From positions 45,616 to 109,615 of the IMG/VR virus record IMGVR_UViG_3300035703_000033: a stretch of DNA of 64,000 nucleotides. One strand, written 5' to 3'. The notes beneath the pieces are model-generated. The model was given only the letters and a program-made list of their open reading frames with translations. It had not been told where the DNA came from and did not search any database. How positions within the stretch are numbered: the stretch's first letter is position 1; the number at the start of each line of letters is the position of its first letter. Origin of the DNA: a virus. Below are positions 10,207 to 20,176 of this stretch, in pieces. The translations under genes and the position numbers were made by a program.

Positions 10207-10978
10207 TTTTTTATTTGTAAATGTTGCTAGCGGTTTAGAGCCATTAATGCAGTCACCGCAGCATAGCCATATTAAGCAATCAATGGTTGCTCAAATTTCT
10301 GCTGCAGTCTATTATCAAGCTAAAGTATTAGAAAAATTAGAAGACAGCGAAAGCTTTAAAAGACAATTTAGAACTGTTATATTTAATCAGATTGAAAAAG
10401 AGTTTGGTCAGTATATAGATGCAAAAGCTAGAACAAGTCCAAAATCACTACATCACGTATATGAATGGAAGAAAATTGGACAGCCAGAGGCTAGGTTATT
10501 TAAATTAAATCAGCTAGAAGGGCAAGGCATATCATTTAAAATATCTACAGAACTTCTACCATCAACATCTTTTGTACCAACTGGGAAGGGAAGACATAGA
10601 CATGTTTTCTCAAATAAGGCAGAGGTTATGGAAGCTGGAAAACCAGTTATAATTTCACCTAAGTATTCAGAAAGATTAGTTTTTGAAATAGATGGAAATA
10701 CTGTTTATATGCCTAAAGGTGCATCTGTAACTGTTAATAGACCTGGAGGACCAGGAGCTACAAATCAATTCTACCTAGCAACTAATCAATATTTCAAAAG
10801 TAATATGGTAAACTTAGCTATAAAGAACTCTGGTTTTCAAAGATTATTTACTGCATCTTTAAAGAAAGCAATGTCTGTTCCATCAGATATTAGAACTGTG
10901 AAATATAAGTTTAGTCCAAATATGATTAAAAGCCAGGCTGACTTTGCAGTAAATGCAGCATTCGGAGGTGTAATGTGA
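10196..10978 (+). CDS. neck/tail completion protein (hypothetical)
   Basis: position between stopper and tail terminator. Confidence 0.5.
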   Translation: MASNFLFVNVASGLEPLMQSPQHSHIKQSMVAQISAAVYYQAKVLEKLEDSESFKRQFRTVIFNQIEKEFGQYIDAKARTSPKSLHHVYEWKKIGQPEARLFKLNQLEGQGISFKISTELLPSTSFVPTGKGRHRHVFSNKAEVMEAGKPVIISPKYSERLVFEIDGNTVYMPKGASVTVNRPGGPGATNQFYLATNQYFKSNMVNLAIKNSGFQRLFTASLKKAMSVPSDIRTVKYKFSPNMIKSQADFAVNAAFGGVM

Positions 10979-11487
10979 GTCCAAATTATAATATAGACTC
11001 AATGTATGAGATTAGAAAGTTCTTGTGGCAAGGGCTGCAAGATGCTAATTTAATAGATGCCGATGACTACTATAGCGATAACCTTGGCGAGGCTATAAAC
11101 CCAATTATTCCAGTACAACAGCTTGCAGAAATGAATCAGTTTTTGAGCGGGAAAACTCATATTGTTTATGACAAAATAGGAATGTCTTATGAGCAAAATT
11201 GGTTGATATGCTGCGAGCAATTATTATTTACGATATATTCTACAGATTTTGCAGAGATAAATAGAATTAGAAATTACATGCTGGACCAGTTCAGACGCAT
11301 GGATGAGTCGGCAAGAGATCTTAATTATTGGGAAGATGTTTCAGATATGGTTAAATTCCATAGCATATTTGTTGCAGACATATCTCCTACAGCCCCTTCA
11401 GAGGAGCTACAAGGCTTTCTGGCAGCCGATGTCATACTTGAGGTCAAATACTCTAGGATAACAGACCTAAACGGCAGATTTGCTTAA
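10975..11487 (+). CDS. tail terminator-like protein
   Basis: 170 aa immediately before major tail gene. Confidence 0.55.
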   Translation: MSPNYNIDSMYEIRKFLWQGLQDANLIDADDYYSDNLGEAINPIIPVQQLAEMNQFLSGKTHIVYDKIGMSYEQNWLICCEQLLFTIYSTDFAEINRIRNYMLDQFRRMDESARDLNYWEDVSDMVKFHSIFVADISPTAPSEELQGFLAADVILEVKYSRITDLNGRFA

Positions 11488-11590
11488 ATTGCTTTAGGCA
11501 ACTGAATATTGTAAAATTATCTATAGAGGAAAGGGCCTAGCCAGCCACTTTATATATATATAAATAATTTCATGAAATAGGAGGAAACTC

Positions 11591-12316
11591 ATGGCACAAG
11601 CAGTAGGTAATGCAAGAAATATTCTTGTTGGTGCTTCACCATTGTTCCTATCAACACTAGATTCCACAGCAGCAGGTTATGATGCAGACATGGAAGCTGG
11701 AGTTGCTAAAGCAGGCACAGTTGGTGGAAATAATAAGGTCCCAGCATTTGCTTCAGGTGTATCTTATACAGATACACTAAACGCACAGGATGCTAGATTT
11801 GGCGATGACGGAGCATACCGTAACGTTGGTTACACAAATAACGGTCTTCAGATCACCTATAACCCAACATATGATTCTGTAACTGTTGACCAGCTTCTTG
11901 ATACAGCTAAGCTGTTCAAGTCTGCGATGGAAGTTATGATTGCAACAGAAATGTCCGAAGGTACTCTAGAGAACGTTCTAGTCGTTTTCGGTCAAGGAAG
12001 AAGCACTCTAGACGAGTCAGATGGAACAAAGGATGTTTTAGGTTTGGAAGCAGGTGCACTAGGTGCAGCTCCAACAGAGCGTCAATTAATTGCAGTTGGA
12101 CAAGCTCCAGGAACTGACGTTGAAGGTAATACAATTACAAGAACAGAGCGTGTATATTATGCACGTCGTGTTCTTTCAGTACAGCAGTCACAGTTCTCTT
12201 TGGCTCGTACAGCTCCAACTACATTCCCAGTAACATTCCGTCTTCTACCATCTGGTGACGCAGCTCACGCAGGTAAGGAATACGGTTTAATTATTGACCG
12301 TGTAGTTACAGCTTAA
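11591..12316 (+). CDS. major tail (tube) protein
   Basis: NILVGASPLF, VGYTNNGLQITYNP, VDQLLD, FPVTFRLLP; strong RBS AGGAGG; terminator follows. Confidence 0.85.
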   Translation: MAQAVGNARNILVGASPLFLSTLDSTAAGYDADMEAGVAKAGTVGGNNKVPAFASGVSYTDTLNAQDARFGDDGAYRNVGYTNNGLQITYNPTYDSVTVDQLLDTAKLFKSAMEVMIATEMSEGTLENVLVVFGQGRSTLDESDGTKDVLGLEAGALGAAPTERQLIAVGQAPGTDVEGNTITRTERVYYARRVLSVQQSQFSLARTAPTTFPVTFRLLPSGDAAHAGKEYGLIIDRVVTA

Positions 12317-12336
12317 TAATTAATTTTAATTATTAA

Positions 12337-12364
12337 ATAAAGCCCCCAGAAATGGGGGCTTTAT
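12337..12364 (+). terminator. intrinsic terminator after major tail gene
   Basis: ATAAAGCCCCCA-GAAA-TGGGGGCTTTAT. Confidence 0.8.
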
Positions 12365-12421
12365 ACTTGTAACCGTATAATCCTTATGTTATAATAATTG
12401 AGACAGCCAAAGGAGGATAAA

Positions 12422-12748
12422 TTGGCAACTACGGTATATAATACAGAAGAAATTGTATTACAAAATGGAAATAAGGTAACACTTAAGCCATTAACTATTA
12501 AGCAGTTAAGAAAGTTTATGGTGGTAGTAAATAAGCTATCAGAAACAACTACAGAAGATGAAAGCCTCAGTACATTATTAGAGGCATGTTCAATTGCATT
12601 AGAAAAGCAATTAGATGATGTTTCGACTGAAACATTAGAAGACATTTTGGACGTTCCAACTATTAACCGCATCCTAGAAGTATGTGGAGGAATTAAGATG
12701 GACGACCCAAACCTTCTAGCGGCGGCGGTTCTGGCTGGTCAGAACTAG
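12422..12748 (+). CDS. tail assembly chaperone (gpG-like)
   Basis: between major tail and tape measure; AGGAGG before TTG 12422; slippery site near 3' end. Confidence 0.8.
   Translation: MATTVYNTEEIVLQNGNKVTLKPLTIKQLRKFMVVVNKLSETTTEDESLSTLLEACSIALEKQLDDVSTETLEDILDVPTINRILEVCGGIKMDDPNLLAAAVLAGQN
12706..12712 (+). other. -1 programmed ribosomal frameshift site C CCA AAC
   Basis: X XXY YYZ heptamer in frame; -1 frame stays open (PKPSSGGGSGWSELDLAALEGEIFLL..) into ORF 12760-13077. Confidence 0.85.
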
Positions 12749-12759
12749 ACCTTGCCGCA

Positions 12760-13077
12760 TTGGAAGGAGAGATCTTTCTTCTCGGACATTGGAAAAATTA
12801 CGAGGAGCTAGAAGAAAATCTCTCAATGCCAGAGTTAATACAAACAATTAAGTCTATGCAAAAAACTGAAGAAGAAAAAAGAAAATTCTTAGCTTCGCTT
12901 CAAGGTATAAACTTAAATGAAGAAGAAAATAAAGATGCTTTAACTTTTGAAGATGTCAAAAGAAGAGCTCTTGGAATAAATGCTTCAGGAGATGACGTAG
13001 TTTCACTTCAAGGAAGTTTTGCACAAGAGTCTGGTTTTGGAATTGGTATGGGGTTAGGGTATAGTAGGAGTAATTAG
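12760..13077 (+). CDS. tail assembly chaperone, frameshift extension (gpGT C-terminal part)
   Basis: -1 frame relative to upstream chaperone, no own RBS. Confidence 0.8.
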   Translation: MEGEIFLLGHWKNYEELEENLSMPELIQTIKSMQKTEEEKRKFLASLQGINLNEEENKDALTFEDVKRRALGINASGDDVVSLQGSFAQESGFGIGMGLGYSRSN

Positions 13078-16000
13078 TGGCTGAAGAAAATATTATCACT
13101 AATATTACGGCAAGGGCTGACTTCTCAAGTCTTATAAAAGATTTGAATAGGGTAACGGCCTCATTGTCGTCCCTACAGCAAACAGTTGGCGCAACTAATA
13201 AAGCAATCTCTAGTCAAATAGATGCAATCAATAGAGGATTTGCAAATACAGTTAGAAGTACAGGACAGTTTTCTTCACACTATGTTTCTTTATCTTCAGA
13301 TGTTGAAAAGTTTGGTAGAAGCCTAGACTCTGGAAGATTAAAACTAAAGGATTATTTTAGAACCTGGCAGGATCATACCAGAACCTCTGGCGGATTAATT
13401 AGAGATCTTGCAAAACAGCAAGTACAATTACAAAATGCAATCCTCCAGCCATTGGGACGAAATGCCCAAGGCTTAATGCAATTTAATGTCCATGTTCCAA
13501 GAGGGCTTGATGTAATTAAAAATAAAACAGCTCTAACAACACAAGAGCTGAAGATTATGAATAAAGTTGTACAGGATGGAGCAGTACAACTTATCAACTG
13601 GGGTAAGAATACTCAGTGGGCAGGACGTCAGCTTACAGTAGGTTTAACTCTTCCATTAGCAGCATTTGGTAAAGCTGCAGCAGATGCATTTAGAAGTGCA
13701 GATCAAGAGTTAACAAGACTAACAAAGGTTTATGGCGATATAGCTGGTGCAACTTCAGCAGAGCTTGGGCAGATTAGAAATGATGTATCTAAGACTGCAA
13801 AAGAACTCGCTTCTAGCATGGGAGTTAATTTTCAAGAAACTATAGCGTTAGCAGCAGACATTGCGGCAACTGGAAAAACTGGAAATGAATTATTATCTTC
13901 AGTTTCTGAAACAACTAGATTGGCAGTTCTTGGTGAAGTAGATAGACAAGAAGCTATGAAAGCAACTCTTGCAATACAGTCAGCTTTCAAGTCAAATACA
14001 GAAGAGCTTAGCCAGTCAATTAACTTTTTAAACGCAGTAGAAAACCAAACATCAACTACTCTTAATGACCTTGTAGAGGCTATTCCAAAGGCTGGCCCAG
14101 TTATTAAGGGTCTTGGTGGAAGTGTTCAAGATTTAGCTTTATATCTTACAGCAATGCGTGAGGGTGGAGTTTCTGCATCTGAAGGTGCAAATGCCCTTAA
14201 GTCAGCATTAGCTTCTTTAATTAACCCAACTGATGTTGCTGTTGCAAAATTTGAAGGGTTCGGTATAGATCTACTTGGTATTGTAAATAATAATGCAGGT
14301 AATGTAACACAAACTTTGATGTCATTACAAGGTGCATTAGATAAACTTGATCCATTGCAAAAGCAACAGGCAATTGAGCAGTTATTTGGTAAGTTCCAAT
14401 TCTCAAGACTTAATGCATTATTTGAAAACCTAGGAAGACAAGGAAGTCAGACGCTGCAGGTTCTTGATCTTATGAAGGCAAGCGCAGGAGATTTGGAAAA
14501 TGTTGCAAGTCGAGAATTAGCAATGGTTACTGAATCAGCAGCAGGTAAATATAAGAGAGCAATAGAATCTCTAAAGGCTGACCTGGCTGGTGTTGGAGAG
14601 CAGTTCCTAAATATAGGAACAACAATAGTAACTGTATTAGATAATATTATTGATTTTGGTAAAAAGCTTCCAGAGCCACTTAAAAAGATATTAGCTTTTG
14701 GAACAGCATTCACTGCTATGGTAGGGCCAGTAATTATGTTAACTGGTTTGCTTGCAAACTTCTTTGGATACATAGTTAAGGGTGTTTTCCACTTTAAGTC
14801 GCTATTTAAGGGTGGAGAGGGATGGAGACTTCTAACTCCAGAAATTTTAGCTGCAGAAAAAGCAGGCTCTTTAGCAGAGCAAACATTTTATAGTGATGCA
14901 CAAGCCGCTACAATATTAAAGAAAGCATTAGCTGATTTATCAATGGAGTATGATGCTCTAGCAGCACGTCTTGCTTCTGGAAAAATTTCAGTATCTCCAG
15001 CACTAACAACGATGGCTGGCTCAATAATTCAACCAGGATCTCCTGGGTATAGACCAGTAAATCCAAACCATCCTCTTGTTGGCGGAATGTCAAGCTCTCA
15101 CTTAAATCCAAGAGACCCAAATAATCCAGCAACCCTATTTGGCCTAGTTCCAGGAGCCACTGGCGTAAATCAGAAAATCGGTAGAAATCCACAAATTATG
15201 ATGGAGGAGAGGCTTCCAAATATTGAAGGCTTAACTTCTGTAGGTGGAGTTTCAACTGGAGTTGTAGCATCAGAGGCTGCTAGATATCAGGCACTTATGG
15301 CAACACTTGGAATGCAGTCTCAAAAAGAAATTGAAGATTTAAAGAAAACTATTAGAATGGGTGGAGCAGTAAGCTCTCAATTTATTCAAACATTTGATGA
15401 TATTTTGCCTTTAACAACTCAAATAACTCAAAATGTTGCAGCACAGTCAGCAGCAGTAATTGCAGAGCTAAGAGCTGGTAAGTTAACTGTTGATCAAGCT
15501 AAGGCTCAAATTATTGCATTGAATGCACAACTTGAAGCAGATCTAGGTAGAACAGTAAGCGCATATGCTAGTTCAACTGGAAGAAGCATAGATTTAACTA
15601 GAGTGCCACTAATAGATCAGCCAGTAGTTGATGCAACTGGAAAGTCAAATATGAGAGCATTATTTAGAAAGGGCAGAATGCGTGATATCATGCAAGCCCT
15701 TGGAAGAGCTACCAGAACAAGAACTATGGGTGCTCCATACAGCATAGAGACTACTAATCTGCCTAAGTTTAATACTGGTGGTCAAGTTTATGTGTCACCA
15801 GGAAGCGTTGTTCCTGGCCCTAACGTTAATGCGGATGTCGTACCAGCAATGCTTACTGCTGGAGAGTTTGTTGTTAATAGAGAAGCTACAGCAGCTAATT
15901 TACCATTACTACAAGCAATTAATGGTCAAGGTTCAAGGGGCCCAGGGTTTAATTTAGGATCTTCAAGAGAAATTAGAAACAGATATTCTGGAAGACAACT

Positions 16001-19000
16001 GGCACATTTAACAGATGCAATTACTGGAGACACTCTTTCTGTAGATGCAAAAGCTAGACTTATGAGGCAGTTTGGTTTAACTTATGATCAAGTTTCTGCA
16101 CCAAGTACTAGAGTTAATAGCTCTTTATTTGCAGCATATGATAAGTTCTTTAATCAGGGTACAAATGATGGGAATTTAAGTATAAGTAAAGCAATAGATT
16201 ATTTAAGTGGTAAGCCAGTATTTGATCCAAAATTTGCAAAAGGTCCAGTGGTTCATAACCCGCTAATAGCATATGAAGGAATGATGGCAGACCTTGGAAT
16301 ACCAGTCAAAGACAGACCAGCATTTGCAAGATCGCTAGATGCAGCAATTGTTTCAAGGTTAAAAACTTTAGCAACATCTGGAGCAGATACTCTTTCAGAT
16401 TCACCAACAAGACCTGGACAAGTTAAAGCATCCATAATTGGAGATGCCATAACAGATCAGATAGTTAGTTCAAAAGATCCAAGAATTATTAAAGCATTAG
16501 AAAGATTAAAAACCCCTGGAGAAGTTAGAGTTTATAATCCAAGACGTGGAACAAGTGATAGGTTTTTCCCTAAAGCTACAAGTAGAATTAGTACGCTTCT
16601 TGCATCAATAGTTGCAAAAAGAAGAATGCCTTCAGTATCTGCAGCAGTTGCTGCGGCATTTCCATCAATAAGAACTAAGATTGCAGATCAGCCAGCAGCG
16701 CCAACAAGAAGCACACTACCTAGAGGAACGTTTACCCCTGGAGCATACAGAGGATATTTCCCAAGAAGAAATCGTGGCGGAGTTATTGGATATAATTCTG
16801 GAGGTTATGTACAAGCATTGAATAATGGCGGAATAAAAACTGATCTTGGAATGCCAACAATGGGTCCTACTGCTCAATGGAGGGGAGACCATGTTTCTCC
16901 TATGCAAAGATTTAAGGGTCAAGGCGGACCAATGATGGCTGGATTCGGATTGCAGATGGCAGGACAAATGATAGGTGGTCAAGCTGGAAATGCAATGATG
17001 TTTGGCGGACTTGCAATGCAACTTTCTCCTTTGTTAGGAATGATGAAGGGTCTCAGCGCTTCAATGATTTCATTTAAGTCTATAGGAACAGTAGCAATGA
17101 GTGCGGTTACTAAGACTGTTGGTGTTCTAAGAGCTGCTCTTGTATTCTTAACGGGACCAGTTGGAGCAACAATTGCAGCATTGACAGCAGTATCTATAGT
17201 TTTATTAAATATGAAGAAGAATGCAGAAGCAGCTGGAAAAGCAAATAGATTAGCTTTAGGCGGAACTTCTGAATCATTCTCTTCTGTTGGAATTAAAAAT
17301 TATAAAACTGTTTCTGACAGACTTAAAGAAATTAATGACCAGATGGAGCTTAATAGGGCAAAGGCAAAATCTATTGCAGATTCATATAATCAAGCAGGCC
17401 CTACAGGTGTTACTTTATCAATCAAGCAATTAAATGAAGCAATTAAAAATGCTAAAGCAAATCAAAAAGATTACGTGGACGCATTTAACTCAATTGATCC
17501 TTCTAAGGTAGTATCTTATGCTGCACAGATTAAAGCACAGTTTGTAGCTATGGGAATGAGTGCTGAGCAGGCATCTAATCAAATATTTGCAATAATTAAA
17601 GCTTCTGAAAAAGCATCTCAAGCATTTTCTGCTGTATCATCTTCAGAATTTAGAAATATTACAAGTCAGGTTACAGCACTTAAATCATTATTTACCACAA
17701 TGGCAAAAGCATCTAGCTCATCTCTATTTAACGCAGAAGAGTTCACACAAGGCTTAGATACGCTAGTATCTTCAGTTCTTGCATATAGAGATTCATTAAT
17801 TGGAACTAAGGATGCTGCACAAAATATATTAGATGAGTCTGATGCAACCAAGAAGGTAATGGATGAGATCAGCAAGGTAAAGAATGCCGATGCCCAGCTA
17901 GACCAAAAGGTAATTCAAGGACTCAAGGAGCAAAGCTTAACTTATGCAACAATTTTAAATTCAGCAGAAAGCTTAGAGAGTATAACTGCAAAAATATTAC
18001 TATACCAGTCAGGATTATCAAATATAGTTGATTTAGCTGCAATGGGAGCACAGGCTGCAGTTACAATGGCAAAGAATTTATCAGTAATACAAGGTGGAAT
18101 TAATAATATTACTGAAAGCACAGATCCAAAACTTAACCCATTATCAGGCTTAGCTGTTTCCATTAATGCAGCTGATAAAGCTCAAAATGCATTTAATAAT
18201 AAAATTAAAGCTGCAAAAAAGATGGATGAAGATTATTATAAGAACAAAATCAAGGCAATAGATAAGGTTATAGATAAGCTTCAAGAAGAAGCAGACGAAA
18301 GAATTAAGGCAATTCGTGCAGAACAAGATGCAAGAAATGTAGCCACCGATATACAGCAAGAGCAGCTTAAGTATCAGCAAGCCCTCATGGCTGGAGATAT
18401 GGAATCTGCAGCACAGGCACAGCTAGAAATTCAAAGACTTGTAAAACAAAAGCAAGAAGAAGATGCTATTGCAGCAATTGAAAAGAAGTTAGCTGAGGAA
18501 CTAAAGAAGCAAAAAGCTGAGCAAGAAAGATTAGCAGATCTTGATGAAAAGAGAAGAAAGGGTCTTGAAAATATGACCACTTCTTCTCAAGCAAACCAAG
18601 CTTCATCTTCTGAAATGAAGTCTGCAAGAGACAGGCTAGAGGCCATAATAGCGCCTTTCTCTGGGAAAGACATAAAAGATGTTCCAAAGGATGTCAGAGA
18701 CCAAGTTGTTACTATATTAGAAGAAATGAAGAATAGCACAAACAAGGCTTTGAGAGATGAATACTCAAGATTGTTTAATGAATTTAGAGGAAAGGCTGGC
18801 AAGGGGCCACAGGATATAGCAACGCCTTTAATTAAAGAATTTTTAAAGTCTATTAATAACTACGGTTCACAGGCTGGTAATTCAGAATTTTTGGCTGCAG
18901 TTAAGCAATTCTCTGCAGCAGTTGATGCCTTCTCTGGCAAGACAGGCTTACCTTTCTTTAAGCCAGGAGCTGGAGATTTTAAGAATAATAAGTTTGCTCC

Positions 19001-19571
19001 AGATACTACATTTATGCAATTTACGGATTCAAAGGGTAAGAATCCAATTCAGTTCATGGTGGCTTCCTATGATTATGAAAATGCTTATAATAAGTACACA
19101 GCAGCTGGCTGGAAGTTTACAGGATATTCTGCAAATAAAGTTCAGGGTATTAATGAAATCAAATACATAAAAGGACTGCCAGCAAAGAAGTCAGCGATGG
19201 GCGGATTAATATCTGGCCCAGGAACTGGTACCTCAGATTCAATTCCAGCATTACTTTCTAACGGAGAATTTGTTATAAATGCTGCATCTGCCTCTAAGAT
19301 AGGATATCCAACTCTTGAAAAAATTAATAAGTATGCTGGCGGAGGAATGGTATCTTATGATGTGCCTAAGATGGCAAGTGGCGGATTAGTAAATGGATCC
19401 ACACTAGGACAAGTATTCCATGTTGTAAATAACCCAGAGATTAAGGTATATGCTGCAGAAGGACAAAATGCAGAAGAGATAGCAAGAACTGTATATAAGC
19501 TTGTTGCAAAAACACAAAAGGATGCTATGATTAAACTTGGAGAACCAATAGGTTACGGAGGAAGAAATTAA
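13077..19571 (+). CDS. tape measure protein
   Basis: 2164 aa, Ala-rich helical; TP901-like core (LAADIAATG..TTRLAVLGE); GTGTSDSIPALLSNGEFVINA motif; follows chaperones. Confidence 0.93.
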   Translation: MAEENIITNITARADFSSLIKDLNRVTASLSSLQQTVGATNKAISSQIDAINRGFANTVRSTGQFSSHYVSLSSDVEKFGRSLDSGRLKLKDYFRTWQDHTRTSGGLIRDLAKQQVQLQNAILQPLGRNAQGLMQFNVHVPRGLDVIKNKTALTTQELKIMNKVVQDGAVQLINWGKNTQWAGRQLTVGLTLPLAAFGKAAADAFRSADQELTRLTKVYGDIAGATSAELGQIRNDVSKTAKELASSMGVNFQETIALAADIAATGKTGNELLSSVSETTRLAVLGEVDRQEAMKATLAIQSAFKSNTEELSQSINFLNAVENQTSTTLNDLVEAIPKAGPVIKGLGGSVQDLALYLTAMREGGVSASEGANALKSALASLINPTDVAVAKFEGFGIDLLGIVNNNAGNVTQTLMSLQGALDKLDPLQKQQAIEQLFGKFQFSRLNALFENLGRQGSQTLQVLDLMKASAGDLENVASRELAMVTESAAGKYKRAIESLKADLAGVGEQFLNIGTTIVTVLDNIIDFGKKLPEPLKKILAFGTAFTAMVGPVIMLTGLLANFFGYIVKGVFHFKSLFKGGEGWRLLTPEILAAEKAGSLAEQTFYSDAQAATILKKALADLSMEYDALAARLASGKISVSPALTTMAGSIIQPGSPGYRPVNPNHPLVGGMSSSHLNPRDPNNPATLFGLVPGATGVNQKIGRNPQIMMEERLPNIEGLTSVGGVSTGVVASEAARYQALMATLGMQSQKEIEDLKKTIRMGGAVSSQFIQTFDDILPLTTQITQNVAAQSAAVIAELRAGKLTVDQAKAQIIALNAQLEADLGRTVSAYASSTGRSIDLTRVPLIDQPVVDATGKSNMRALFRKGRMRDIMQALGRATRTRTMGAPYSIETTNLPKFNTGGQVYVSPGSVVPGPNVNADVVPAMLTAGEFVVNREATAANLPLLQAINGQGSRGPGFNLGSSREIRNRYSGRQLAHLTDAITGDTLSVDAKARLMRQFGLTYDQVSAPSTRVNSSLFAAYDKFFNQGTNDGNLSISKAIDYLSGKPVFDPKFAKGPVVHNPLIAYEGMMADLGIPVKDRPAFARSLDAAIVSRLKTLATSGADTLSDSPTRPGQVKASIIGDAITDQIVSSKDPRIIKALERLKTPGEVRVYNPRRGTSDRFFPKATSRISTLLASIVAKRRMPSVSAAVAAAFPSIRTKIADQPAAPTRSTLPRGTFTPGAYRGYFPRRNRGGVIGYNSGGYVQALNNGGIKTDLGMPTMGPTAQWRGDHVSPMQRFKGQGGPMMAGFGLQMAGQMIGGQAGNAMMFGGLAMQLSPLLGMMKGLSASMISFKSIGTVAMSAVTKTVGVLRAALVFLTGPVGATIAALTAVSIVLLNMKKNAEAAGKANRLALGGTSESFSSVGIKNYKTVSDRLKEINDQMELNRAKAKSIADSYNQAGPTGVTLSIKQLNEAIKNAKANQKDYVDAFNSIDPSKVVSYAAQIKAQFVAMGMSAEQASNQIFAIIKASEKASQAFSAVSSSEFRNITSQVTALKSLFTTMAKASSSSLFNAEEFTQGLDTLVSSVLAYRDSLIGTKDAAQNILDESDATKKVMDEISKVKNADAQLDQKVIQGLKEQSLTYATILNSAESLESITAKILLYQSGLSNIVDLAAMGAQAAVTMAKNLSVIQGGINNITESTDPKLNPLSGLAVSINAADKAQNAFNNKIKAAKKMDEDYYKNKIKAIDKVIDKLQEEADERIKAIRAEQDARNVATDIQQEQLKYQQALMAGDMESAAQAQLEIQRLVKQKQEEDAIAAIEKKLAEELKKQKAEQERLADLDEKRRKGLENMTTSSQANQASSSEMKSARDRLEAIIAPFSGKDIKDVPKDVRDQVVTILEEMKNSTNKALRDEYSRLFNEFRGKAGKGPQDIATPLIKEFLKSINNYGSQAGNSEFLAAVKQFSAAVDAFSGKTGLPFFKPGAGDFKNNKFAPDTTFMQFTDSKGKNPIQFMVASYDYENAYNKYTAAGWKFTGYSANKVQGINEIKYIKGLPAKKSAMGGLISGPGTGTSDSIPALLSNGEFVINAASASKIGYPTLEKINKYAGGGMVSYDVPKMASGGLVNGSTLGQVFHVVNNPEIKVYAAEGQNAEEIARTVYKLVAKTQKDAMIKLGEPIGYGGRN

Positions 19572-19573
19572 AA

Positions 19574-20173
19574 ATGGCATTTGAAAATTTACCAAAAGGT
19601 TCAATTCTATATATAGAAGCTAAAGACCCGCTAGCTATAGATACTGGAACTACAACCAATAATTTTTCTTTTGGTGGAGCAACTCTTTCTGCACCAGGGC
19701 AAAGATATACTTCTTCCGTTGCCTCTAGAAATAAGTTAGCTTATTCAGATATTAATAATATGAAATTTAGAAGAGTTTCAGAGCATAATAGATCAGAATT
19801 TTCTATAAGCCCAATAAGAATAGAGCAACAGACAAGAATGGCAAATGGATATATGCGTAAATATTTTACAGCAGAAAAAAAGCAATTTTCCTTATCTTGG
19901 GATATGCTACCATCATATAGAAATGAAACTGTAGATGGTGCATGGGCTGCGGAAGATCTAAAGTATTTTTATGAAAGCTCAGCAGGAAGAGGCTCATTTC
20001 GAATAAGAATTAACCCAACAGTCCTTACTCCAGCAATGTACCTTGAAGACTCTTCTAGCCAGCTTTTAGATGACTATACTTATACAGTAGTTTTTACATC
20101 ATGTAATTTTACTGTTGCTAAGAGAGGTATTCAGCCTTACTGGAATGTAAGCATGACTTTGGAGGAGGTATAA
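19574..20173 (+). CDS. minor tail protein (distal tail-like)
   Basis: directly after tape measure; RMANGYMRKY..FSLSWDMLP..WNVSMTLEEV. Confidence 0.65.
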   Translation: MAFENLPKGSILYIEAKDPLAIDTGTTTNNFSFGGATLSAPGQRYTSSVASRNKLAYSDINNMKFRRVSEHNRSEFSISPIRIEQQTRMANGYMRKYFTAEKKQFSLSWDMLPSYRNETVDGAWAAEDLKYFYESSAGRGSFRIRINPTVLTPAMYLEDSSSQLLDDYTYTVVFTSCNFTVAKRGIQPYWNVSMTLEEV

Positions 20174-20176
20174 TAA

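Noticed and set aside
11525-11565. GC-rich GAGGAAAGGGCCTAGCCAGCC plus (TA)n palindrome in major tail leader as an ncRNA
   Set aside because: Only a 3-bp stem and a low-complexity tract; cannot be supported without conservation data.
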